Below are positions 1 through 11,280 of a DNA stretch of 64,000 nucleotides, one piece after another. This stretch comes from Mobula hypostoma. Its lineage: Eukaryota. The position numbers were made by a program, and so were the translations under genes. Numbering within the stretch: position 1 is the stretch's first letter; the number at the start of each line of letters is the position of its first letter. The notes beneath the pieces were generated by a model, which worked only from the letters and a program-made list of their open reading frames with translations, was not told where the DNA came from and did no database searches. The stretch is taken from positions 198,464,001 to 198,528,000 of the forward strand of contig NC_086097.1 in NCBI RefSeq assembly GCF_963921235.1, in the 5' to 3' direction.

Positions 1-946
1 AATGTACTAATATTGAGGCAATCGCACACCAGTTTCCTAATTAGCTAAATATTCATAGGTAAGTTTCATCCTGACTCAACTGTTTAGTGAATGTGCTGCT
101 GCAGTTGAAAGCTGTTTCAGGACAACAAAACAAGATGATCAAACATTCCACAAATGTCTTCTGGATTGTAACTAACCCATTAAAAGGATACAGGGCAATA
201 AAAATATGAATTGGAAAATAGAATGAACGTTTCCCATGAAAAAAAAGCCTTCCATATTACAGAAATTTAGGAAGTTCCATGTATATAATACAAACTGGAG
301 ACAACACATGATGACAAGTCATGTGGTTCAACTCCATTTCCACCATAACATAAAGTCTTGCCAAAAGGACTAAATGAACACTACAGAGCCTAAACTTCAA
401 TTGATACTTAGTTGCCTTAATTTGAAAATATCAAAATGGGGCTGTATATTTTACTATCTAAATTCTATCTTTGGTGCTCAAAATAGGAGTTGTAAATGTT
501 ACATTAATTTTATGCAAGAACTATTATTATACTCTGCAGACTATTATTCAGGATCTCAACACAGGAGTCCATTACACTTTTAATTTCCTGAACTTCTAAG
601 GTCTAGTTTGAAAAATATTTTAAATTGTCCCCTACCATTGTGATGTGTTGTATTAACCTACTGGGTCATTTATGGGATCTAGCATCCTGCAGTTTGGGCA
701 CTTTATTTTAGGGTTGGGGAGAACGTGAAATCCATCTCAAGAGGAATGACTTGATTGAGTCTAATTTAGCAAAAAAACTAAACACTGTGAATAGACTGGG
801 GGACAGAAGAAAACTTGCTCCTCCCCAGTGAAATCTGGTTTTGCCATGGTTGCAAGAAACACTAAGCAGTGGGAGTGAGAAGAGGCAATGAGTATTCATC
901 CACATCTACACATCTTCCCCAAACCTGTAACAGTACGATATTCCAG

Positions 947-1678
947 CAAAACACACAAAATGCTGAGAAACTCAGCAAGCCAGGCAGCATTTATGGAAAA
1001 GAGTAAACAGTCAACATTTTGGGTTGAGACCCTTCATGGCGACTGGAGAAAAAAGATGAGGAGTCAGAGCAAGGTGGTGAGTGGAGGGGAAGAAGGAACA
1101 CAAGGTGAGAGGTGAAACCGGGAAGTGGGGGAGGGGTGGGTAAAGAGCTGCAAAGTTGATTTGTGAAAGAGATACAGGGCTGGAAAATGGAGATTCTGAT
1201 AGAAGAGGACCGAAGGCCATAGAGGAAAGAAAGGGGAGAGGAGCACCCGAGGGAGGTGATGTGCAGGTAAGGAGATAAGATGAGAGAGGGAAAAGTAAAT
1301 GGGGAATGGTGAAGGGGGGGCATTGCCAGAAGTTGGAGAAATCGAGAAATCGATGTTCATACAGTCAGGTTGGAGGCTATCCAGATGGAATATAAGGTGT
1401 TGCTGCTCCAACCTGAATATGGCTTCATCATGACAGTAGAGGAGGCCATGCACTGACATGTCGGAATGGGAATGGGAAGTCAAATTAAAATGGGTGGCCA
1501 CTGGAAGATTCTACTTTTTCTGGTGGGCAGAGTGTAGGTGCTCAGCAAAGAGGTCTCACAATCTACATCGGGTCTCAACAATATACAGGAAGCCACATTG
1601 GGAGCACCAGATATGGTAGATGACCCCAACAGTCTCACAGGTGAAGTGTTGCCTCACCTAGAAGGACTGTTTGGGGCC
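947..1678 (-). mobile_element. Penelope-like element, 3' part (GIY-YIG C-terminal remnant plus terminal repeat)
   Basis: The minus-strand ORF 1064-1501 contains 'LEQQHLIFHLDSLQPDCMNIDFS', a PLE endonuclease C-terminus. The terminal repeat has a decayed hammerhead motif at ~1008-1047. Interrupted by a CR1 at ~1678. Confidence 0.85.
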
Positions 1679-2676
1679 ATAAGACCATAAGATATAGGAG
1701 CAGAAGTAGGTCATTCAGCCCATCAAGTCTGCTTCACCATTCAATTCTTCCAGACACCCCCACTCCCCTGAATAAAGAACCTATCTAGCTCTGCCTTAAA
1801 TGCTCCACAGCGGCTCGTAGCAACAAATTCCAGAGATTTACCACCCTCTGACTAAAGTAATTTCTTCATATTTCTGTTCTAAATGGACGTCCTTCAATCC
1901 TGAAGTCATGCTCTCTTGTCCTTGACTCCCCTACAATGGGAAATACTGTCATATTGAATCTGTTCAGGCCTTTTAACATGTGGAATGTTTCTAGGAGGTC
2001 CCCCCTCATTCTCCTGAACTTCAGAGCATACAGCCCAAGAGCTGCTAGACGTTCCTCATATGGTAACCCTTTCATTCCTGGAATCATTCTCGTGAGTGTT
2101 CTCTGAACCCTCTCCATTGTCAGTGTATCCTTTCTAAAATAAGGAGCCCAAAACTGCATACAATACTCCAAGTGTGGTCTCACGAGTGCCTTATAGAGCC
2201 TCAACATCACTTCCCTGCTCTTATATTCTATACCTCTCGAAAAGAATGCCAACATTACATTCGCCTTCTTCACATCCGACTCAACCTCGAGGTTAACCTT
2301 TATGGTATCTTTCACAAGGACTCCCAAGTCCCTTTGCATCTCTGGATTTTGAATTCTCTCCCCATCTAAATAATAGTCTTCCCCTTTTTTCCCTTCTACC
2401 AAAGTGCATGACCATACATTTTCCAACATTGTATCTCATCTACCATTTCTTTGCCCATTCTCCTAAACTATCTAAATCTCTCTGCAGGCTCTCTTTTCCT
2501 CAACACTACCTGCTCCTCCACCTATTTTTCTATCATCGACAAATTTAGCCACAAATCCATTCATCCCATATTCCAAATCATTGACATACATCATAATAAG
2601 CAGTGGTCCCAACACCAACCCCTGTAGAACTCCACTGGTAACCGGCAGCCAGCCAGAATACGATCCCTTTATTCCC
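1677..2676 (-). mobile_element. 5'-truncated CR1 LINE inserted in the Penelope element
   Basis: RT motifs SGVLQGLVLGP, AKFVDD and LYKALVRPHLEYC (ORFs 2472-2786 and 1866-2429). CR1 tail (CATAAGAC repeats) at ~1677-1695. Confidence 0.92.
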
Positions 2677-3135
2677 AATGACAGTGAGGGAGGAGGTGCA
2701 GGGGAAGGTGTAGCACTTGTACCGCTTGCAAGGACAGGTGCCAAGAGGGAGATCAGTGGGGAGGGATGAATTGACAAGGGACTCACGTAGAGAGCGATCC
2801 CTGTGAAAAGCAGAAAGTGGGAGCAGGAAAAGATGAGTTTGATGGTGGGATCCCACTGGAGATGGCTGAAATTATGGAGAATTATGTGCTGGATGCAGAG
2901 GCTGGTGGGGTGGTAGATGAGGACAAGAGGAAACCCTATCCCTGGTGGGGTGAGAGCAGATGTTTACAAAATGGAAGAGATGTGGTTGAGGGCAGTGTTG
3001 ATGGTGGAGGAAGAGAAGCCCTTTTCTTTGAAGGAGGACATCTCCTTCGTTCTAGAATGAAATGCCTCATCCTGAGAGCAGATGCAGTAGAGACGGAGGA
3101 ATTGAAAGAAGAGGATAGTGTTTTTATATCATCAG
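2677..3135 (-). mobile_element. Penelope-like element, upstream continuation
   Basis: 'PLSAFHRDRSLRESLVNSSLP...GTCPCKRYKCYT' is the PLE RT-endonuclease linker with its Cys motif. Resumes where 947-1678 stops. Confidence 0.85.
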
Positions 3136-3449
3136 ATCTGTGAATAGGTTAGAAATTAGAATACCCAGAATCTACAAAGACAGAACATGAAGCATAAAAA
3201 AGAGCTCAGGAGAAGCTTTACTCTTTTATTTATAACAAAATTATTCAGGATTTTATTCGATGTTTTCTAAGTGAAAATCATTTTAAGTTTAATTTGCTAT
3301 AATTGGTTATCAAATAACATTATCTTCAGCAATGCATTTAAGAGTACATAACATTGAAGAAATGCAATGTCCTATTATTAGATCAGTCATGGGTTCTCTA
3401 TATAGGCAGGAGTTTTATACTGAACAAAGAACAGTCACATTTTCTAAAT

Positions 3450-3554
3450 TTTCTGTCCTGACGAAGAGTCTTGGCCCGAAACGTTGACTGTACCTCTTCC
3501 TAGAGGTGCTGCCTGGCCTGCTGCGTTCACCAGCAACTTTGCTGTGTGTTGCTT
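3450..3554 (+). mobile_element. 105-bp non-autonomous Penelope-derived mini-element with 13-bp TSD
   Basis: Flanked by exact ACATTTTCTAAAT at 3437-3449 and 3555-3567. The body matches the terminal repeat at 9385-9485. Confidence 0.88.
3455..3488 (+). ncRNA. Minimal type I hammerhead ribozyme motif
   Basis: GTC-CTGACGA-A-GAGTCTTGGCCC-GAAA-CG-TT-GAC. Contains the CUGANGA and GAAA core, stem I GTC/GAC, stem II with one mismatch, palindromic minimal stem III, and a GUU triplet ending at 3485. Confidence 0.72.
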
Positions 3555-3837
3555 ACATTTTCTAAATACTCAGTTTTCCTTCCTAGTCACAGGTATGGAA
3601 GATTAGCATTGATGTCAAAATATTGCCACTTCTTAAGGGATTAGTAGTCTTCTATAATGTAACCAACAGCCTTAAATGTCTCTGTGAATTTGAAGATTGA
3701 TCTTTATATGAAAGACGTGCAAACCAATTAACTCAGGTAATCAACAAAACCATTTTCCTTCCATCCACAGCTGACTTTTAAGCTTGAGTAGTTCAGGAAA
3801 ACGCTGTTAATCCAGCAGCAAGAGAGGGGCACATGCA

Positions 3838-5100
3838 ATAGACTGCCAACGCTAGAGTCTGCTGCAACAAACAATATGCTGGAGGAACATGCAGCATCCG
3901 TTGGAGGCAAGAAATTGTTGACATTTTGGGTTAAAACCTGCACCTGGACTAAGGGTGGGAGAGGCAAGATGGCCAGTATAAAGAGGAGAAAGGGAGCAGA
4001 GGATTCCAAAGTGATTGGGGGACTGAGGAGAGGTGTAAGATGACAGGAAGGTATTGCCCATTAGGGAAAGCGAGCAGGAATGAAATTGGAAGACTGATGG
4101 ATGAGGCAGACAAAGATAGAGAGGTGAAAGAAAAAACACATAATGAGCAAGTGGGGGGCAAGAGGAGTGTGAAGATAGGACACAATTGCTGAAGGGAGAT
4201 AAGCAGGAACATATTCTCACTGCTTAAAATGGGAACCATTAGGAGACAGATAAATGACATATGAACTCGATGGAAGTTGGTGGGTATGAAGTGGCTGGAT
4301 GGTGCCAAGAGGGGGAATAGCATCTAGATAAGTGAGGATAGGCTAGGGATAGGTCAGAAAGGGTCACAAAAGGGAAGACCAGACAGTCAGTAAGTGAGGG
4401 GAGGGGAAGAGAAGAAAACAAAAGAAAACGGTTGGGGTGTGATCACCTAAAATCAGAAAACTCATTGTTCTTGCCATTATGTTGTGGACTACCCAAACAC
4501 AATAGAAAGTGTTGTTCCTCAGCTTGTATAGGGCTTCATCGTGGCAGTAGAGAAGGGCAAAGCTAGACAGGTCAGTCAGTGTCGGAATGGGAAAGGGAGG
4601 TGAAATGGAACCTCAGGATGATCATCATGGACTGAGTGTAGGCGATCTATGAAATAGTCACCGAGTTTGCACTTGATCATGCCAATGTAGAGTGGACCAC
4701 ATCAAGACTGGGGGAGATGCATGTGAACTTATGCCTCACCTGGTAGGACTGTTCAGGTGTCTGGATAGTGGTGAGGCAGTAGGTGTAAGGACACACATTA
4801 CCTCTACTGCAAGAGCAGTGGAAAGAGGCAGGGTGAGGACGGAATAGGTGTGGAGGGATGAACAGGCCATGGAGTCATGGATGGAGTGGCCCCTGCAGAA
4901 ATCAGAAAGAGGTAGGGAGGACATGATTTAGCTGCTGGTGAGAGCTTGTTGCCACTGAAGGAAATGACAAAGGACATGATGGATGTGAAAGGTCATTGGA
5001 TGAACAGTAAGGACCAGGGCAGTTCTACCTCTGTTCTGTCTGGGAGGTGTTGATGTGAGAGCAACAGTATGAGAAACGGAGGAGGTGCGAGTTTTGGGAT
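3838..5100 (-). mobile_element. Decayed Penelope-like element (older family), 3' part
   Basis: Terminal repeat at 3838-3950. Endonuclease and linker similarity to 947-3135 ('PLSDFCRGHSIHDSMACSSL'). Confidence 0.75.
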
Positions 5101-5533
5101 ACATCTGTTAGAGTGGATTTCTTTTTGGGTAGATGATTTGTTAACACTTAAATGACTTTGGCCACCAGACTTCTATTTTAACTGTTTGACAAAGGACTGT
5201 GGATTGAGTCGACCACAATGGGCTTCCTAAAAGGTGTAAATACCAGATGCTTCTGGTGCCTGATGCTGTAGTTTTGAAGACAGTCTTATCAATACATTAT
5301 AAATATTAATTGTCTTCTATGTTAGCACGTAAAATGCCGAATAAATGTATTGTGGATTGAACTAAAGGCTGTGGATACCAACACAGACATGTTGGCGTCA
5401 GAAGGAAAGGATGAAATCCGAAGGTGTGATGTTTGTATGTAACTTCAAAAGGAAGCATTGTCTGTAACTTTTTAAGTAGCGATTGCCTTTGTGTTTAGCA
5501 TATAAATATCGAGCCCACATTTAGCTAGCAGAC

Positions 5534-5769
5534 ATGTAGTTCTGAGTTGCAGGAAGTATGGGATACAGAGAGAGATGATGAGAAATAAATTAAGGGAGTT
5601 GGGGATGCAGGAATTCACATTAAAAGGGTTGCTGGGCATGGGTGAGGGAGCACAAGTCCGGGTATTTTTAGCGTTTTTAAGGGGTACAGGGGTTTTTTAT
5701 AGAATATGATGAATAAACAGGAATAGGATACTAGGATGGTCAAAGATGGGAGGGTGAAGTGTAGGTTTG

Positions 5770-5809
<40 letters not shown>

Positions 5810-5931
5810 CGCGCGATTGGGTGAAGGGATTTAGAATGTATGTCTCGTGCACATTCTGGAGCAGAGGGTGGCGGTAATGCACCATTAAGCTGGATGACAA
5901 CCGCCGTAAAACAAGATACAGACAGACAGAC
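5534..5931 (+). mobile_element. 5'-truncated I/Nimb-group LINE (ORF2 C-terminus plus 3' UTR)
   Basis: Open frame 5533-5709 'HVVLSCRKYGIQRE...LKGLL...FLRGTGVFYRI*'. 3' stem-loop GGCGGTAATGCACC...AACCGCC, (CAGA)n tail, 11-bp TSD AGCTAGCAGAC (5523-5533 and 5932-5942). Confidence 0.8.
5768..5815. repeat. Compound (TA)n(TG)n(CG)n microsatellite
   Basis: 48 bp of uninterrupted purine-pyrimidine alternation within the Nimb 3' UTR. Confidence 0.95.
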
Positions 5932-6064
5932 AGCTAGCAGACCTTTCTGTGGAAAGCGTCTCCATCCGTAAGATGCCTACTGTACCTTGTTGTGTCGAAT
6001 AAAGAAGCTGCTTTGTATCTACCAGTGACTCTGTCTCTCCGGTAATTTCATCCACGCTACAACA

Positions 6065-6310
6065 ACATCCACCACAATGGAAAGGATGGCATGCTTTCTG
6101 GAAAAGAGGACATTTCAGATGTCCTAGAACACAAATCCTCCTCTTGAGAGTAGATGCAACAGTGATGAATAAATTGGGAGAAAGGAATTGCATCCCTATA
6201 AGAAACAGGTTGGGAAGAGATGAGGTCTAAGTAGCTGTGGGAATTGGTGAGTTTATAGTAAATATCAGTGAGTAATTTGTCTCTAGAAATATAGACAGCA
6301 GATTCAGAAC
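6065..6310 (-). mobile_element. Penelope-like element, upstream continuation (RT C-terminal region)
   Basis: 'LLTDIYYKLTNSHSYLDLISSQPVSYRDAIPFSQF' in ORF 6057-6341 resembles the PLE T(D/N)IYYKPT..YL...S.HP....IPFSQF motif. Confidence 0.8.
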
Positions 6311-6948
6311 TTTGGTGATTCTGGTCTGGGTGATTTTCCAAATAATCAGATTTTATTCTATTAATATTCCAACATACTTCCTATTTGCTTTTTCTTTAGA
6401 TGTTACTCCTGGAAATTTTAAAGGGTGTGATAGAATTCAAGTGATTGAATATAATTAGGGCTTAATACTGGGGTACTGATCTAGGAGAGGACACTAACAT
6501 TGGGGTGCTTACTTTTCCAGTGGATTTACACAATTTTACTGACAATGTTAGTGGCATATTTTTAGTGTCATCATTTGACTGCTTATGCTAGTTCAAGTCC
6601 CTGAAGCAAACAAGAAAGTGAGGAATGTTGCTGCCCTATAGACCCTGAGTTTTGTTTGCCAGGTCTGAGGTTTTAATACAAAAGAAATGTTTTTCATCAA
6701 TCAACCAAACGATGCGCTGGTGTGTTGAAGCTGATGGATAATTTTCTCAACAATAACTGCCTTCAATGAAAAGTGTCTTTGAAGATCATGAGAAGAGATT
6801 TACATCCTCCAGTCTTGCTGTGAATCTTTATCATTGATGTGATTTTGTACAGCAAAATGCCACATTGTATGAAGGTGACCATGTTGTGCACTACTGAATA
6901 GAATTTGCAAAGATAAAGGCTTTTCCTTCACCCACCACTGTCATGGAG

Positions 6949-7865
6949 TATTCAAGATTATTTAATGTTATTTCCTGTACATAGTGTAAATGAGAATAAA
7001 ATAACTGTTTCTACGGATCCGATGCCCCACAAAAAAAAACACAATAGATAAAGAACACAATAATAAAAAGAACAATAAATATAAATACTGTACGTAAGAT
7101 AGCATATACATAAATTGATTGTATGTCCATAAAGTGACACTAGGCTTTACATAAGGTGACTGACAGGAAATGAAAAATCAGTGGTGGAATTAGTGGATGA
7201 AGGTGCTGATCAGCCTCACTGCTTGTGGAAAATAATTGTGACGCTACATAGCCTCCTCCCTGATGGGAATGAGACAAACAGTCCAGAAGCAGAGGGGGTT
7301 GGATCCTCCCTGATATTGCTGGCCTTTTTCAGACACCTTTCTGCTAATATTGTACGTCCTTGATGGTGGGTAGGTTGGTGCCAGTGATGCATTGAGCAGT
7401 TTTGGTTACCCACTGTAAAGTCTTCCTGTCCTCCACAGTGCGACTTCTGCACCAAACAGCAATGCAACTTCTCAGGGTGATCTCCACCACAAATCTGTAG
7501 AATGATGTGAGTATGGATGTGCAAAGTCCAGCTCTCTTCAGCCCCCTCAGAAAGTAGAGATGTTGGTGAGCTTTCTTGTCCGTGTAAGATGCATTTTGGG
7601 ATCATGAAAGGTTGTGTGTGATGCACACCTCCAGGACTTTGAAAGCACTTGCAGCTTCCACTGCTGTGCTGCCAAGATAAAGAGGGGTTTGAGTAGTGCG
7701 AGTTCTCCTGAAGTAGTTAAGCACTTTTTTTGTCTTGTTGACACTAACTAGAGGTTATTTCCTCGGCACCAGGTTTTGAGCTCTTCCATTACCTCTCTGT
7801 AGGCTGTTTTATCGTTGTTGTTGATGAGCACCCTTCCTCAACCACCATCATGTCATTGGCATGCA
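6949..7865 (-). mobile_element. Decayed Rex1/Babar LINE, 3' fragment
   Basis: 'AERCLKKASNIREDPTPSASGLFVSFPSGRR' is similar to the C-terminus of the Rex1 ORF at 25855-26799. 3' tail near 6950. Confidence 0.8.
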
Positions 7866-8082
7866 AAGAATTAGGTCAAAATTGGGTCCAGATAGTGCTG
7901 AATAGTGGGACTCATGAGAAAGTTAGGCACGAGGTTCAGGATGGTTTAGTGACTTTGACAGATAGTGTAGATTGGTTGGTGAATGGGTAGGAAATTTGGG
8001 TTACCAATTGGTAGTGGTTTCAGGTTAGATTTGTCAGGCTCCTGATTGGAAAAGGGAGTCAGCTGCTAGAGAATAAAAATCT

Positions 8083-8170
8083 CATCTCTACCTTCACAAG
8101 GGCAATGAAGGATGGGCAATAAATAAATGCTGGTTTAGTTGGCAATGCCCACATCCCATAAATGAATAAA
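8083..8170 (+). mobile_element. Short 3'-end fragment of the second CR1/L2-group LINE family
   Basis: GGGCAATAAATAAATGCTGG...GCCCACATCCCATAAATGAATAAA matches the 3' end at 47900-47965. Confidence 0.75.
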
Positions 8171-8871
8171 TTGAAAAGAAGGTGGAGTCTGCTACTGAAA
8201 ATTAGCAGCAGGTCTGGGGATAGGCAGGCGAGATGGTAAGCAAGGTATTCTTTATGGGGTTGGACCAGTACATGTGCAAAGTGGCTGGCTGTGGCAACTG
8301 GTAAAGGGCTGTTAGTCAGGGATCTAGGTTAGGGAACTGGTTTGGAAGATGATTTATGGTTACACTGTGAATTAGTAGTGGTTCTGGATGCTGGAGATAG
8401 GTAGTGGGGTTGAAATGAGCATTAGCACAGGATCGTATCAGGAGATAGCTGAAATGAGATAACAGTGTTACTGAATTAGATGATTTGGATTATTAATAGT
8501 GAGGTTGTAAGTATTATGTTCTGCAAATCTTTTCCATTATTATTCCTGGTTTCTGCACTATTTACACAGTACCACATGAAGTGATGAAGGAGATCCTTTG
8601 GGAATTTCAATACCATTGCATGATTTAGTTGAGAAAGGCAACTTCACAAGGCAAAAACAATTACGGATACAACACTGCCGGAGGTATTTTGTCAGCATTT
8701 TCTATTTTGCTGGAAAATGAATTTGTAACATATTTGCCTGTCACTATGTCAAAGGAAAACTGTTTTCCCTGCCTGTGGTTCACCACGCAGAAGGAGTTAT
8801 ATCTTTTATCGGCTTGCAGGATTGGGAGTGGGTTTTTGGAACTGAATCCAGAGCTCACGGCGTGGCCTAAA

Positions 8872-9520
8872 CCTGATGTAGATTGGGAGACCGCTTCACC
8901 GAGCACCTATGCTCCATCCACCAGAGAAAGCAGGATCTCCTGGTGGCCGCTAATTCAAATTCTACTCCCATTTCAACATGTCAGTCTGTGGCCTCCTCTA
9001 CTGCTACGATGAGGCCACACTCAGGTTGGAGGAACAATACTTGATATTCTGTCTGGGTAGCCTCCAACCTGATGGCATGAACATCGATTTCTCAAACTTC
9101 TCGAAAATGCATCCCCTTTCACCATTCCACCATTTCCATTTTCCTCTCTCATCTTATCTCTTACCTGCCCATCATCTCCCTCTGGTTATCCTCCTCTTCC
9201 CATCTTCCATGGTACTCTACCATCTCCTATCAGATTCTGTCTTCTCCAGCCCCTTTATCTCTTTACCTATCAACTTCCCAGCTCTTTACTTCACCCCTCC
9301 CTCTCTCCCAGTTTCACCCATCACCTTGTGTTTCTTCATCCCCTCCCCTCACCTTCTTACTCTGACTCCTCATCTTTTTTTCTCCAGTCCTGATGAAGGG
9401 TCTAAGCCCAAAACGTCAACTGTAGTGTTTTCCATAGATGCTGCCAGGCCTGCTGAGTTCCTTCAGCATTTGTGTGTGTGTTGCTTTGAATTTCCAGCAT
9501 CTGCAGATTTTCTCATCAAA
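8872..9520 (+). mobile_element. Penelope-like element 3' end (GIY-YIG remnant plus terminal repeat with hammerhead motif)
   Basis: 'RLGDRFTEHL' and 'LEEQYLIFCLGSLQPDGMNIDFS'. CAGTC-CTGATGA-AGGGTCTAAGCCC-AAAA-CGTC-AACTG at 9385-9422, with the GAAA core mutated to AAAA. Confidence 0.88.
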
Positions 9521-9680
9521 AGTTAGTGCACAACAGTGTCCAGTCAGGTTGAAAGGTGTTAATAAATAACATGCTCCCTCAACTGTTTCCTTGAGTGAAA
9601 ATATTTCTTCAAAAGGGATGAATTTTGAGTTTGTTAACTTTGGTTTAATTTGCATTTACTACACACAAGAAGAACATAAG

Positions 9681-9833
9681 GAACAGACACAAAATGCTGG
9701 AGGAACTCGGCAGGTCAGGCAGCATCTATGGAAAAGAGTACAGTCATAGATACTGCCTGGCCTGCTGAGTTCCTCCAGCATTTTGTGTGTGTTGCTTGGA
9801 TTTCCAGCATCTGCAGATTTTCTCTTGTTTGTG
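9681..9833. mobile_element. Fold-back element made of two inverted Penelope terminal repeats
   Basis: Arms 9687-9730 and 9745-9788 are near-perfect reverse complements. Flanking duplication GAAGAAC(A/T)TAAG at 9669-9680 and 9834-9845. Confidence 0.85.
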
Positions 9834-9857
9834 GAAGAACTTAAGAAATGTTGCCCA

Positions 9858-10020
9858 CTTGCCTGGATAAATGCAGTTCCAACATTCAAGAAGCTTAGCA
9901 TTATCCAGGATAAGGTAGCCCATTTGATTAGTATTCTTCTGCAAGCCTAATCATGTATTCCTCCACCAATAGAGCATAGTGACTGTAGTTTGCACCATCC
10001 ACAACGTGCACCACAGTTAC
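9858..10020 (+). mobile_element. Decayed fragment of the second CR1/L2-group LINE family
   Basis: Similar to 47470-47640 (CTGGAT...CAACA.TCAAGAAGCTT...ATCCA). Confidence 0.6.
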
Positions 10021-10602
10021 TTACTCCAAATGAAACTGGGTCTCAGTCAGAAATATTAACTGTCCCTCTTTTCCCACAGATGCTGCCTGACACACTGGCT
10101 TCCTTCAACAATGTGTTTTTTTGTTCTGAATTATAGACATTATGATGCAGCCAAGGACGGATGTAGATTAGGCAGTAGAGACTTCATTTGGGCAGCATTA
10201 AGTGCCAAGAGATGTTCATGTACAGGGACCTAAGATGCAGTGATGTCAGATTCTTTGATCTTATATGAAGTACCTTCTGCTTATATAGTTGTGAACAAGC
10301 TATCAGAGGGCACCGAAGTGAGTACAATTACAACATTTAAAAGTTGTTCGGATGGGTTCATGGAAGGGAAAGATTTAGATTGACTTGTCCCAAATGCAAG
10401 CAAGGAGGAGTGTTCAAGAGGCACTTTGTTTAGCATGAATGAGCTAGGGTGAAGGGTCTGTTTCTGTGCTGTGTAATTCCCCTGCATGGGTGTTAATCAA
10501 TGTGATTATGGTACCGGCAGCCAGAATAATTCACAAGATCATAATTTGCTCTTTCCAGTGAGCATTATCATCTGAGGTGTCTGCAGTCATTTAATTTAGA
10601 CC

Positions 10603-10824
10603 ACATAGAACATAGAACAGTACAGCAGCACAGTACAGGCCCTTTGGCCCACAGTGTTGTGTCAACCCTTCAACCCTGCCTCCCATATAACCCCCACCTT
10701 AAATTCCTCCATATATCTGTCTAGTAGTCTCTTAAATTTCACTAGTGTATCTGCCTCCACCACTGACTCAGGCAGTTCATTTCACACACCAACCACTCTC
10801 TGAGTAAAAAACCTTCCTCTAATA
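10603..10824 (-). mobile_element. CR1 3'-end fragment
   Basis: CATAGAACATAGAACAGTACAGCA...AGGCCCTTTGGCCCAC is the reverse complement of a CR1 tail, followed by the ORF2 end. Confidence 0.8.
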
Positions 10825-11069
10825 ATAGAACATGATCGCCTCTAAAATTCAACATGCCTTACCTTTCATTGCCTGAGCCCTCAGATCTCAAATTTTCCCT
10901 CCCAACCTTTACATTGGCCAGCCCCATCACCCCCTCATCTTTCTATCTTAATTAACGCCTAGGTATCTGATGAAACTTTTAATTATCTGCCTTAATATTT
11001 CCATGCATAACTCCGTGTCATATTTCATTTGACATACCTAAATAAAGCATTTGGGACACTGTTTTGAAA

Positions 11070-11280
11070 ATCAAAAATTCTGCAGCTCGTGGAATTCTAA
11101 AATACAAACAGAAAATGCTGGAAAAACTGGAAAATTAGTCTGCATCTGAGGGAAGAGAAATAGAGTTAACATTTCAGGTGGAAAGCTCCTTTGACAGTCC
11201 AGTTCTGATGAAAGGTATTTGACCTGATATATTAACTCTGGTTCTGTGCTGTCTACGTGCAATTTGAACTGAATGAATTT
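11070..11280. mobile_element. Old inverted pair of Penelope-type terminal repeats
   Basis: AAACAGAAAATGCTGG...GAGTTAACATTTCAGGT followed by CTGATGAAAGGT...ACCTGATATATTAACTCT (a decayed hammerhead). Confidence 0.6.

Larger units (their letters stand above)
5106..6064 (+). mobile_element. Solo LTR (~550 bp after removing the nested insert) inside the Penelope element
   Basis: TGTT...AACA termini, 5-bp TSD ACATC (5101-5105 and 6065-6069), TATAAATA at 5501-5508, AATAAA at 5998-6003. Confidence 0.82.

Noticed and set aside
5760..6061. Apparent LTR TGTAG...CTACA preceded by a purine-rich tract
   Set aside because: Better explained by two exact TSD pairs: a Nimb insert (5534-5931) inside a larger LTR (5106-6064).
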